From IMG/VR virus record IMGVR_UViG_3300043399_000676: a stretch of 64,000 bases of DNA, one strand, 5' to 3'. A model generated the notes under the pieces. The model was not told the DNA's origin. It made no database searches and saw nothing but the letters and a program-made list of their open reading frames with translations. The translations under genes were made by a program, and so were the position numbers. The DNA is from a virus (lineage: Duplodnaviria > Heunggongvirae > Uroviricota > Caudoviricetes). Position 1 is the first letter of the stretch. Every line of letters starts with the position of its first letter. Of the stretch, positions 9,573-18,530 are shown one piece after another.

Positions 9573-9601
9573 TTGACAATAATACCCAAACTCTGTATAA
9601 T
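9573..9601 (+). promoter_or_regulatory. Early promoter
   Basis: TTGACA-ataatacccaaactctg-TATAAT, perfect consensus. Confidence 0.88.
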
Positions 9602-9635
9602 ACTCATATTGACAGTTCAGACAGGAAATCGCAAA

Positions 9636-10658
9636 ATGAGCAAAATCATCGTTCTCTCTGGTTCTTATCGCAACAAACCCGTCATCAACCAAGAATTCGT
9701 GCTTGTCAAGGGATTTACGTCCGGCAAGAAAGGTAACTATGTGACCGTCAAAAATGAAGGTCACTTTGATGTTGACATTTCGGAGATCAAAATTAAAGTC
9801 GATTCCATTGATCAAATTCGCTTCACGGGCGGTGCTGTCATCACTTCGCAACCCGAAGCTCCCCAAGTTGTTGTTCCCGTCGAGACTGACGAGGAAGCGA
9901 TGAACCGTATCGCTACCCGTTTCTCGATCCTCGATGAAATGTCGAAGGCTTGCATCAACGGTGACATCCGCGCGATGATCGTCACTGGCCCCCCGGGGGT
10001 TGGCAAGTCGCACGGTGTCACTCAGCAAATGGAGAAAGCCTCGATGTTCGACAAAATCGTTGGCAAGAAGCTCCGCTTTGAGATTGTCAAAGGTACGATG
10101 TCCGCGATCGGTCTGTTCGCTCTGCTGTATAAGTACTCCGACAAGCAGAACGTTCTGGTGTTCGATGACTGCGACATCTGGGAAGACCAGGATGCGATCA
10201 ACATCCTGAAAGGTGCTCTGGATTCGGGCAAGACTCGTCGTATCTCGTACAACAAGGATTCGCGTCTCCTGCGTGAAGAAGGTGTCCCGAACACGTTCGA
10301 CTTTCACGGTTCGATCATCTTCATCACCAACAAGACGTTCGATAGCAAGCGTACTACGAAAATTCAGCCTCACCTCGATGCTCTGCAATCGCGTAGTCAC
10401 TTTCTGGATCTGACGATCAACACCGAGCGTGACAAGATGCTCCGTATCAAGCAAGTGCATCGTGATGCTGATCCGGGTCTGTTCGTTGATTATGGTTTCT
10501 CGACCGAACAGGAAGAGACGATTCTGAACTTCATGTGGGACAATCACACCAAGCTGCGTGAGATCAGCCTGCGTATGACCCTGAAGATCGCGGATCTGGT
10601 CAAGATCAGCCCGAACAACTGGCAAGCTCTCGCTGCTGCGACTTGCATGAAGGCTTGA
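9636..10658 (+). CDS. Early AAA+ family ATPase of unknown function
   Basis: Walker A GPPGVGKS and Walker B VLVFDDCD; AGGA RBS before ATG 9636. Confidence 0.8.
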   Translation: MSKIIVLSGSYRNKPVINQEFVLVKGFTSGKKGNYVTVKNEGHFDVDISEIKIKVDSIDQIRFTGGAVITSQPEAPQVVVPVETDEEAMNRIATRFSILDEMSKACINGDIRAMIVTGPPGVGKSHGVTQQMEKASMFDKIVGKKLRFEIVKGTMSAIGLFALLYKYSDKQNVLVFDDCDIWEDQDAINILKGALDSGKTRRISYNKDSRLLREEGVPNTFDFHGSIIFITNKTFDSKRTTKIQPHLDALQSRSHFLDLTINTERDKMLRIKQVHRDADPGLFVDYGFSTEQEETILNFMWDNHTKLREISLRMTLKIADLVKISPNNWQALAAATCMKA

Positions 10659-10700
10659 TTGGTTGGGGCTTCGGCCCTTCCGTCATTCTAGGAATAGAAT

Positions 10701-10985
10701 ATGATCTTCTACAAGATTCGACACAAGATTACAGGACAATTCAGTAAAGGTGGTTCTTCAGTTCATCCCGATGGAGTATATGGTTGGGCCAAGACAGGCA
10801 AGACCTGGGACACTTTAGGAAAACTCAGGGCTCATATCACACAACACTTGGGGTTAGATGAATACAGAAAACCAACTGATATGTCTAATTGGGAAGTAAT
10901 CGAGTATCACTGTGAACCGCAACCGCCAAAAGGTATCCATGAGGTAATCGATCCTAAAAAGTTGGTAATTCTTTTAAAGAGATAA
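10701..10985 (+). CDS. Hypothetical protein
   Basis: ORF with AGGA RBS. Confidence 0.7.
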   Translation: MIFYKIRHKITGQFSKGGSSVHPDGVYGWAKTGKTWDTLGKLRAHITQHLGLDEYRKPTDMSNWEVIEYHCEPQPPKGIHEVIDPKKLVILLKR

Positions 10986-11006
10986 ATCTTAAACTCTCAT
11001 TTCCCC

Positions 11007-11032
11007 AAGGGCTTAACAGGCCCTTCCTTTTT
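11007..11032 (+). terminator. Intrinsic terminator
   Basis: AAGGGC-ttaacag-GCCCTT followed by ccttttt. Confidence 0.6.
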
Positions 11033-11091
11033 GTTTGTGTCGGCCGTCGCTAAGTAGTATACTCACACTTTAGGTCCACAAACAAAACTAT

Positions 11092-12549
11092 ATGTCAAAA
11101 CAATGTACCATTATCATCACAGATGAAGTCAACTGCAAGATACAAGGCTTAACACCTGAAGATAGACGCACACTAACCAAAATGTTCTCATATGAAAAGC
11201 CAGGGGCGAGATTTATGCCTGCTGTGCGACTAGGCAGGTGGGACGGAAAAGAAACCTATTTTGGGTTAGGAGGTGGAACTTACATAAATCTATTACCTGA
11301 AATCGTTCCATTATTAGATCAAGCCGGATACGATATTGAGCTTGACGATCAAAGAACTTATTCAGGAAAGTTCGAATTTGATAAAGTGACAGAATCAACC
11401 TTTTCTAGTCACAGTTGGCCAAAGGGACACCCTAAGGAAGGTCAACCTATTCAACTAAGGGATTATCAAGTCGAGATTATAAACACGTTCTTGTCAAATC
11501 CTCAAAGTGTCCAAGAAATTGCAACTGGTGCGGGAAAAACAATTACTACAGCCGCATTAAGTTATAGTGTTCAGTCTTACGGTAGAAGCATTGTGATTGT
11601 CCCGAATAAAAGTCTAGTTGTGCAGACTGAAGAAGATTATCGAAATGTAGGATTGGATGTGGGAGTTTATTTTGGTGATCGAAAGGAGTGGGGGAAAAAG
11701 CATACTATTTGCACTTGGCAGAGTTTAAATAACCTACTTAAAGATACCACTTCAGGCGAAGCAGAGTTTACAATACAAGACTTCTTGGAGGGAGTGGTGT
11801 GTGTAATGGTCGATGAAGTGCATATGGCAAAAGCTAATGCGTTGAAGACGTTACTAACGTCTGTTTTTGCTAAAGTTCCGATTCGATGGGGATTAACAGG
11901 AACTATTCCAAAAGAAAAATACGAGAACCAAGCAATCTTTGTTTCACTTGGCAATGTTGTAGGCAAACTAAGTGCGAGTGAACTACAGGATAAAGGTGTG
12001 CTTGCTCAATGTCATGTAAATGTAATGCAACTACAGGACAAAGTTGAGTTCAGTAACTACCAAAGTGAACTAAAACATTTACTAGAAGACAAGAAACGCT
12101 TAGACGCTATTGCACAAATGGTATTGGAAATAAAAGAAACAGGGAATACTTTAGTATTAGTAGACAGAATTGGAGCAGGAAAAGAGCTTATTAGTAGACT
12201 ACCAGGTTCAGTTTTTGTCAGCGGGGAAACTAAACTTACTGAACGCAAAGAAGAATACGATGAAGTTGCTACAGCCAGTGAGAAAATTATTGTTGCAACA
12301 TATGGTGTTGCGGCAGTAGGTATCAACATTCCTCGTATATTCAATCTCGTACTGATCGAACCAGGTAAGTCTTTCGTGAGGGTGATTCAATCGATTGGTC
12401 GAGGTATTCGAAAAGCAGAAGACAAGGACTTTGTTCAGATTTGGGATATCACTAGTAGCTGCAAGTTCTCTAAGCGTCACTTAACTAAAAGAAAGCAATA
12501 CTACACTGAAGCAAAGTATCCACATACGGTAAAGAAAGTAACCTATTAA
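11092..12549 (+). CDS. uvsW: SF2 DNA helicase UvsW-like
   Basis: Q-motif LRDYQ, ATGAGKT, DEVH, GLTGT and QSIGRGIR motifs. Confidence 0.92.
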   Translation: MSKQCTIIITDEVNCKIQGLTPEDRRTLTKMFSYEKPGARFMPAVRLGRWDGKETYFGLGGGTYINLLPEIVPLLDQAGYDIELDDQRTYSGKFEFDKVTESTFSSHSWPKGHPKEGQPIQLRDYQVEIINTFLSNPQSVQEIATGAGKTITTAALSYSVQSYGRSIVIVPNKSLVVQTEEDYRNVGLDVGVYFGDRKEWGKKHTICTWQSLNNLLKDTTSGEAEFTIQDFLEGVVCVMVDEVHMAKANALKTLLTSVFAKVPIRWGLTGTIPKEKYENQAIFVSLGNVVGKLSASELQDKGVLAQCHVNVMQLQDKVEFSNYQSELKHLLEDKKRLDAIAQMVLEIKETGNTLVLVDRIGAGKELISRLPGSVFVSGETKLTERKEEYDEVATASEKIIVATYGVAAVGINIPRIFNLVLIEPGKSFVRVIQSIGRGIRKAEDKDFVQIWDITSSCKFSKRHLTKRKQYYTEAKYPHTVKKVTY

Positions 12550-12550
12550 G

Positions 12551-12579
12551 TTGACTTTCTACATTGTTTTGTGTAAGAT
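12551..12579 (+). promoter_or_regulatory. Sigma70-type promoter, probably giving a leaderless mRNA
   Basis: TTGACT-N17-TAAGAT; the ATG lies 6 nt after the -10. Confidence 0.65.
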
Positions 12580-12585
12580 GTGATA

Positions 12586-13086
12586 ATGAAAATTTTAACA
12601 TTAGATAACCTAAGCTATGATTTATCTACACTGCCGGAAGAGGTAGACGATCTAAGATTTGCTATTTTGGACAATAGCAATCCTAGCAATGTAGACTATT
12701 TTTACATTCCACTGATATTCTTGGAGAGCTTCAATAACCCTGCATTAGTACTACAAGTGGGAGATCAAACTATTAAAATGCCAGTAGATTGGCAAATTTT
12801 GATTGGAGAACCCGAGATGGGTGATCTAGAAACATTACCATTGACTAGCATCAATGATAGAGGGTTTAAAGCATTTGAATTTAACCCATTGAGTTCATTC
12901 AAACCCACTTTCCTAAACGTAGAAATTATGGACATATATCAGGATGTAACTTGGTATGCACCCAGACTAAAAAATGGACAGTTTCTTTGTGTTCCAATCG
13001 AAGATGGACCTAAGCCAAGGTGTGTTTATTTCATCAAAGATACGAGCAGGCAAACTGAAATCGTAGACTACAACCAGTGTTTCTAA
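12586..13086 (+). CDS. Hypothetical beta-rich protein of the replication cluster
   Basis: ORF; start chosen from the promoter position. Confidence 0.7.
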   Translation: MKILTLDNLSYDLSTLPEEVDDLRFAILDNSNPSNVDYFYIPLIFLESFNNPALVLQVGDQTIKMPVDWQILIGEPEMGDLETLPLTSINDRGFKAFEFNPLSSFKPTFLNVEIMDIYQDVTWYAPRLKNGQFLCVPIEDGPKPRCVYFIKDTSRQTEIVDYNQCF

Positions 13087-13683
13087 ATGGCTAAGAAAAA
13101 GCAACCAGTAAATGCAGACGAGAAACTTGAAGATCAAGACCTAAACATTTTTGATCTTCTTACTTCTGCTGACAAGAAAAAATATGATTTCTTTGATACT
13201 CTTTCAGAAGAGCAAAAGAAAAAATTTGCATATTTTATGGTGACTCAATGGATGAGTTCTGTTTCGTCAAAGACAGAAATTCAACAGTATTATCTAATGA
13301 GTGTCAATGAATGCTGCAACAAATATATCTTTGATGAAAAAGTTAGAAACCATCCTAAGTTACAATGGCTTCTGTTATGTGCAAGCAGCCCTGGAATAGG
13401 CACTCAACGACATCAATGGATTCCTCAGCTATCAGCTAGAATTACCTCACTACGAGACTCGGCAGACAAACCAACTGTAAAAAAGTACTTCAGTGCTATG
13501 TATCAAGGTGCGTCAACTGAAAGCATCAATGAGGTTGTAGATGTTTATGTACAAGACCATAAGAAAAAATACTATCTTGCACAGAACTACCCAAACTTGA
13601 AGTTAGCAGACATTGAAACGTTGGCTCAACTAATTACTGATGAAGACATTAGGAAAAATGAACGAGACAAAGGAAACGACTAA
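13087..13683 (+). CDS. Clamp-loader small subunit (T4 gp62-like)
   Basis: YFMVTQWMS...VNE...N...HPKLQW pattern and helical composition; partner gp44-like gene at 56537. Confidence 0.6.
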   Translation: MAKKKQPVNADEKLEDQDLNIFDLLTSADKKKYDFFDTLSEEQKKKFAYFMVTQWMSSVSSKTEIQQYYLMSVNECCNKYIFDEKVRNHPKLQWLLLCASSPGIGTQRHQWIPQLSARITSLRDSADKPTVKKYFSAMYQGASTESINEVVDVYVQDHKKKYYLAQNYPNLKLADIETLAQLITDEDIRKNERDKGND

Positions 13684-14356
13684 GTTCGGATGTGATTTTT
13701 GCAAGAGAAGCTTCGTCAAAGAAAAGACGATGCTAAGTCACATTTGCGAATATAAAAATCGATGGTTAGATAAAGACAAAAAAGGAAACGTATTAGGGTT
13801 TCAATCTTGGTTGCAATTCTATGCTAAGACGACCGCAAGTAAAAAGAAAAACAAAACCTATGAGGAATTCATCAAGTCTGCGTACTTCATCCCATTTGTA
13901 AAGTTTGGAAACTATTGTGTGGACGTTCGTGTTATCAATGTTAGCAGATACGTTGATTGGTTGTTAAAATTCAACGTTAGGATTGATGATTGGACAAGTG
14001 ATACAGTTTACGGAAGATACTTGTGTGATTATCTCAAAACAGAAGACCCGTATGATGCCGTTAGGCGTGGTATAGAATACTGTATGGATCTTGCAGAACA
14101 GGAGCATATACAGCCTGGAGACTGTTTGAAGTTCATTCACCCAAATAAAATTTGCATGGCAGTAGCCAACGGAAAGATAAGTCCTTGGCTTCTCTACCAA
14201 AGTAAAAGCGGAATAACGTTTATGGAAAAGCTAAACTCAGATCAAGTAAAGATTGTGTTTGACTACATTGATCCTGAGTTTTGGGCATTAAAATTTAAAC
14301 GAGATCCAGATACTACTAGCAAGATAAAAAGTCTATTGACGGAAGCAGGATACTAA
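13658..14356 (+). CDS. Hypothetical protein with an N-terminal C2HC zinc-finger-like motif
   Basis: CDFCKRSFVKEKTMLSHIC; AGGA RBS before 13658. Confidence 0.7.
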   Translation: MNETKETTKFGCDFCKRSFVKEKTMLSHICEYKNRWLDKDKKGNVLGFQSWLQFYAKTTASKKKNKTYEEFIKSAYFIPFVKFGNYCVDVRVINVSRYVDWLLKFNVRIDDWTSDTVYGRYLCDYLKTEDPYDAVRRGIEYCMDLAEQEHIQPGDCLKFIHPNKICMAVANGKISPWLLYQSKSGITFMEKLNSDQVKIVFDYIDPEFWALKFKRDPDTTSKIKSLLTEAGY

Positions 14357-14357
14357 T

Positions 14358-14536
14358 ATGAAAAAGATTGCCTTAATCTCAAGTGCAATAATTGGTTGTG
14401 GAGGCGGTGGTGTAGGGAAAACTTTGGTGAGCGTGGTTACGGATGGGATTTTTATTTTTCCTATTCGAAAGAAACAGTTCAGTTGTCAATTTGGGATGAA
14501 CGGATAAAATTTATATATGATATGTGGATTAAGTGA
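14358..14536 (+). pseudogene. Small Trp-rich gene with an apparent 1-nt frameshift near its start
   Basis: The ATG at 14358 is out of frame with a stop-free W-rich frame (14357-14536) that ends in a TGATG coupling to the next gene. Confidence 0.45.
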
Positions 14537-14760
14537 TGTATAATGACGGATACACTTGGGATCTTGACCCAAATGATAAAATGGTAATAGTAATCAAACT
14601 GAATGGAGACAGAGTTATGAGTATCTATTTGGGTGAAGCTATTGAAAGCGCTGGTTATCATGCGGTCATGAACCATATTGATGAAATAAATCGTTCACCT
14701 TGGATTCACGCTTGGCATAGTGAAAGAAAAGCAGAAGTAGTCAAAATTTTAAAGGAATAA
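14536..14760 (+). CDS. Hypothetical protein
   Basis: ORF in operon. Confidence 0.65.
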   Translation: MYNDGYTWDLDPNDKMVIVIKLNGDRVMSIYLGEAIESAGYHAVMNHIDEINRSPWIHAWHSERKAEVVKILKE

Positions 14761-14762
14761 AA

Positions 14763-15305
14763 ATGGCTGATCATATTATGATAGACTTAGAAACACTGGA
14801 TACTGCACCCTCATGCGTAATACTTAGCATTGGTGCGGTAAGATTCGACCCCAAAGGAACTGGCGTAGCAGAGAAGTTCTCGATGAAACCGAATGTCGAT
14901 GAACAACTTGCACTAGGTAGAACAGTTAGTGAAGATACGCTTGCTTGGTGGGCCAATCAAACTAAAGAGGCACAAGACGAAGCACTAGGAGATGAAGGTA
15001 GAGTTCCTCTAAAAGAAGTAATGGAGGCACTCTACCGTTTTTGCTGGAATAAGAAAGCAGTATGGAGTAATGGTGCAGCCTTTGACATTGTTGCTGTCGA
15101 GACTTGCCTACGTCAACTCGATATGAAAATTCCTTGGCCCTTTTGGTCTGTAAGAGACACTAGAACCCTCTATGACATTACAGGAGTTTCTCTAAGAGAC
15201 GGAGGGGCAGTGACATCACACAAAGCAGTAGAAGATGCCGAACGACAAGCTATCGTTGTTCAAAACGGGTACAAAAAATTGATTGATGCAGGATTGATTA
15301 TCTGA
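14763..15305 (+). CDS. DEDD-family 3'-5' exonuclease
   Basis: ExoI IDLET, ExoII WSNGAAFD, ExoIII HKAVEDA. Confidence 0.88.
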   Translation: MADHIMIDLETLDTAPSCVILSIGAVRFDPKGTGVAEKFSMKPNVDEQLALGRTVSEDTLAWWANQTKEAQDEALGDEGRVPLKEVMEALYRFCWNKKAVWSNGAAFDIVAVETCLRQLDMKIPWPFWSVRDTRTLYDITGVSLRDGGAVTSHKAVEDAERQAIVVQNGYKKLIDAGLII

Positions 15306-15898
15306 TGAATAAACATAGATGCGGGGACGTAGACATTGATTTTGGGAACAGAGACAGTATATTGAAACTTATCAGACATACTCCTGCTGCAATGAGGAAG
15401 CTGAACCCAATACGAAAACACGCGACTGGCATCTATGTTACTGAAATTCCATATGACGCTATTAACAATATGGCTAATATAGATTACAGTGAAGCCGAAG
15501 ATCGCGGGTATTTTAAGCTTGATTTTTTGAACGTGCATGTCTACAGTCAAGTAAAAAATGAAGAACATCTAGTTGAGCTAATGCGAGAACCAGATTGGTC
15601 TAGGCTAAAAGATCAAGAGTTTGTCAATCAAGTTATTCATATCAATAATCATTTTTCTTCCCTGAGAAAGATGCCTGAACCTATAAATAGCATAAACAAG
15701 TTAGCAATGTTCTTAGCTTTAATCAGACCAGGTAAGAAGCACTTAATTGGTAAACCTTGGAAAGAAGTAGAAAAGGATATTTGGGATAGAAAAGTTACTG
15801 GGTATACGTTTAGAAGAAGTCACGCATTAGCGTATGCTCAACTTGTAGTTGTACACATGAACCTAATAACAGAAAATGAATTATTCACTAGTACCTGA
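15305..15898 (+). CDS. dnaE: Miniature DNA polymerase III alpha (DnaE)-like catalytic fragment, C-part
   Basis: DVDIDF, RKHATG, YFKLDFL, LALIRPG and YTFRRSHALAY match DnaE palm/finger motifs in order. Confidence 0.82.
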   Translation: MNKHRCGDVDIDFGNRDSILKLIRHTPAAMRKLNPIRKHATGIYVTEIPYDAINNMANIDYSEAEDRGYFKLDFLNVHVYSQVKNEEHLVELMREPDWSRLKDQEFVNQVIHINNHFSSLRKMPEPINSINKLAMFLALIRPGKKHLIGKPWKEVEKDIWDRKVTGYTFRRSHALAYAQLVVVHMNLITENELFTST

Positions 15899-16376
15899 AT
15901 CAGATCCAGTACTTAACTTACTTGCTTCAAGGTGGGATTGGCAAGAAGACGGAGACCCTAGCTCTTTGATAGAAAGTATGTCCACAATCATGAAAGATAG
16001 CGGTGGAGTTGGAATTGCTGCCCCGCAGATTGGCGTAAGTAAACGGATTCTACTAATATGTCATAGTCACGGTAATATACAAGAATATATTAATCCAATA
16101 CTTACTCATGCAGAAGGAGAAGTATTAGACACAGAGGGATGTCTAAGTTTTCCTGGGTTATGGTTAAAAGTAAAAAGATATCAACGAATCGAAGTTCACT
16201 ATGAAACAAAAGAGAAAATTTCGTTGACTAGGTCACTAGAAGAGTTTGAAGCTAGGGTATTTCAGCATGAACTTGACCACTTAGATGGTACTACATTTAC
16301 GAAAAGAGTTGGGTCATTAACGTTAGCACTAGCAAGGAAAAAACAAAAGAAGGCTAAATCCTACGGACTAAAGTGA
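15876..16376 (+). CDS. def: Peptide deformylase
   Basis: GVGIAAPQIG, EGCLS and HELDH are the three PDF signature motifs. Confidence 0.95.
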   Translation: MNYSLVPESDPVLNLLASRWDWQEDGDPSSLIESMSTIMKDSGGVGIAAPQIGVSKRILLICHSHGNIQEYINPILTHAEGEVLDTEGCLSFPGLWLKVKRYQRIEVHYETKEKISLTRSLEEFEARVFQHELDHLDGTTFTKRVGSLTLALARKKQKKAKSYGLK

Positions 16377-16731
16377 TAGATTTTCGTTTGTTTTTTCTGC
16401 CACTCAAATCTAGCATACTACATACAGGTCCATGTAATATAGTTAAACTCTTATTATTGAACGTTTTCAAATAGGGCTTGAAAACAGCCCATTCTGTTTT
16501 TAGGAAAAGGTTTATGGAGATTTTTCTATTACTTTCTCCCCACCATATATCACCTAATTCCAGAAATTTTTCTTTTAGCTCGGGGTAGATGATTGCACCA
16601 TAATCATACATTGACGTTATCACATCGTCACGATTTTGAATGATACCTACATACTCTTGACCGGCGTACGAACAAACTGAAATAAACGGGTGTGTATCTG
16701 TTAACTTCTTGAAAAACTCGTTGTGATCCAT
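16354..16731 (-). CDS. Hypothetical late protein
   Basis: ORF with a minus-strand TAAATA box at 16754-16759. Confidence 0.7.
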   Translation of the reverse strand: MDHNEFFKKLTDTHPFISVCSYAGQEYVGIIQNRDDVITSMYDYGAIIYPELKEKFLELGDIWWGESNRKISINLFLKTEWAVFKPYLKTFNNKSLTILHGPVCSMLDLSGRKNKRKSITLVRRI

Positions 16732-16806
16732 TTATCTCTTTAAAATTATGTTTTATTTATACAAGGTTTCTAATTTGGGAAATAAATATACTTAAAGGAG
16801 ATTGTC

Positions 16807-17538
16807 TTGTATTCCACTGCTATGTTTTTCTACGTTCCTCGTCAACAGGTAGTCTTGAATTACGGAAACTCTCCTAGGAGATACAACACTGTGTACGCAA
16901 AAAACCTCAAACTACACCGCGGTGTAGACAACAGAATTCAGTTCCAACTGATAAGTCAAGAACAAAAACCAATCGATATCACTGGGAAGGAGATTACGTT
17001 TAGGTTGATTGCCGCAGACCGTAAATCTATCCTACTACAAAAAGCATTAGTATCCGTGTTGCCTATTACAGGAATAGTTGAATTGCAAGTTCATGCAAAT
17101 GAGATACAACACATCAAGCCTCAACTATGTTCTTACTCATTAGAAATACCAGTAAACGAGTTTGATCTTCCTGTATTTGTAGACGCTGACTCCGGTGCAA
17201 GAGGTGTAATTGAGGTTGTGGATAGTGTACTTCCAAAATTCACTAGTTCATTCCAAGTTACCATACCTGATCACGGAGCCTCTCCTTACTACAGTAGTGT
17301 TCTAATTAACGCAGGAAACAAGACACTAACTGTGCAGTCATATATGACTGACTTCACTGGAAACGTTAGAATACAAGGTTCTACCATACCTGATACAGAT
17401 TGGTATGACATTGGACCGATCCATACTTATGACAATTCTTCATCCTGTGATTCGTACAACATCGAAGGATTTCACCCGTATTTAAGAGTTCAAATTAATT
17501 CTGAATCTGGATCAATAGACAAAATCTTGGTAAGATAA
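16807..17538 (+). CDS. Putative virion protein with Ig-like/BppU-like beta folds
   Basis: TAAATA at 16783-16788, AAGGAG RBS, TTG start; QKPIDITG.EITF pattern. Confidence 0.5.
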   Translation: MYSTAMFFYVPRQQVVLNYGNSPRRYNTVYAKNLKLHRGVDNRIQFQLISQEQKPIDITGKEITFRLIAADRKSILLQKALVSVLPITGIVELQVHANEIQHIKPQLCSYSLEIPVNEFDLPVFVDADSGARGVIEVVDSVLPKFTSSFQVTIPDHGASPYYSSVLINAGNKTLTVQSYMTDFTGNVRIQGSTIPDTDWYDIGPIHTYDNSSSCDSYNIEGFHPYLRVQINSESGSIDKILVR

Positions 17539-17541
17539 AGT

Positions 17542-17570
17542 TTGTTTCTTTCACTCTAATCTGCTATACT
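17542..17570 (+). promoter_or_regulatory. Sigma70-type promoter for primase, probably leaderless
   Basis: TTGTTT-N17-TATACT with extended TG; the ATG lies 6 nt after the -10. Confidence 0.55.
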
Positions 17571-17576
17571 GATCGA

Positions 17577-18530
17577 ATGTTTGACATTCTATCCATTGTT
17601 CCTGGGAACAAAAAACAATCAGCAAGTGGCTGGTACACTTGCAATGGAATCTGTTGCTCACATCGAGGTCATAGACCAGATACTCGTCATAGATGTGGCA
17701 TTAGACTAGAGAGTAATAATTGGGTAATTCATTGCTTCAACTGCAACTTTAGTTGTTCCTTTATTCTAGGAAAAAGCATTTCTGCTAGAACCAGGCAGTT
17801 CTTGACTTGGTGCGGTGTTGATAATGAACAAATACAACGTTGGAACATTGAATCTCTACAGAAGAAAGACTTACTAGACTTCACTACAAGAAAAACAGTA
17901 AATCTAAAATTCAAAACCAAGGTTATTCCAGGAGAGGAACTCAACTCATCTAACAAAGATCACAAACCCTTCGCAGAGTATTTGATTAAAAGAAAAGTTC
18001 CGCTAAACGCATTGCCGTTTCATGTATCACCCAACGATACAGGAAGGAACGCAAATAGGATAATCATTCCTTATATCTTTAAGGGTAAAGTAGTAGGTCA
18101 TACTAGTAGATACTTAGACAACAAAACTCCTCGCTACATCAACGAGCAGCAACCAGGCTATGTTTTTAATATTGATGCACAACGCCCCGATTGGCAGGTA
18201 TGTATTGTAACTGAGGGCATCTTTGACGCTCTTAGTATCGATGGTGTTGCTTTGTTGCATAATGATATCAGTGAAGATCAATCCATTTTGTTGGCTTCTT
18301 TAAATAAGAAAATTATCTTTGTGCCTGATCGGGATCCATCGGGGTTAAAGCTGACTGATCGGGCATTGGAACTGGGCTATAGCGTAAGTATACCAAATTG
18401 GGATAAATCAGTAAAGGATGTAAACGATGCAGTAGTTAAATATGGAAAACTTCCTACACTACTAAGTATCTTACAGTTTGCAACGAACAGCAAAATCAAA
18501 ATTGAAATGAGGAAAAAGAAAATTGAGTAA
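17577..18530 (+). CDS. DNA primase (gp61-like)
   Basis: N-terminal Cys/His zinc-binding region (C..C...H...C..CFNC) and TOPRIM motifs VTEGIFDA and PDRD. Confidence 0.9.
   Translation: MFDILSIVPGNKKQSASGWYTCNGICCSHRGHRPDTRHRCGIRLESNNWVIHCFNCNFSCSFILGKSISARTRQFLTWCGVDNEQIQRWNIESLQKKDLLDFTTRKTVNLKFKTKVIPGEELNSSNKDHKPFAEYLIKRKVPLNALPFHVSPNDTGRNANRIIIPYIFKGKVVGHTSRYLDNKTPRYINEQQPGYVFNIDAQRPDWQVCIVTEGIFDALSIDGVALLHNDISEDQSILLASLNKKIIFVPDRDPSGLKLTDRALELGYSVSIPNWDKSVKDVNDAVVKYGKLPTLLSILQFATNSKIKIEMRKKKIE

Noticed and set aside
9435-10625. 396-aa antisense ORF
   Set aside because: It is the shadow of the AAA+ gene in the mirror frame, caused by avoidance of TTA/CTA/TCA codons. It has no RBS, promoter or protein motif.
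15305-15330. Split intein joining the two DnaE halves
   Set aside because: The N-part ends ...HEFLK with no intein-N domain (no Cys1/Ser1 block), and the C-part has no intein-C ending in HN before the extein.
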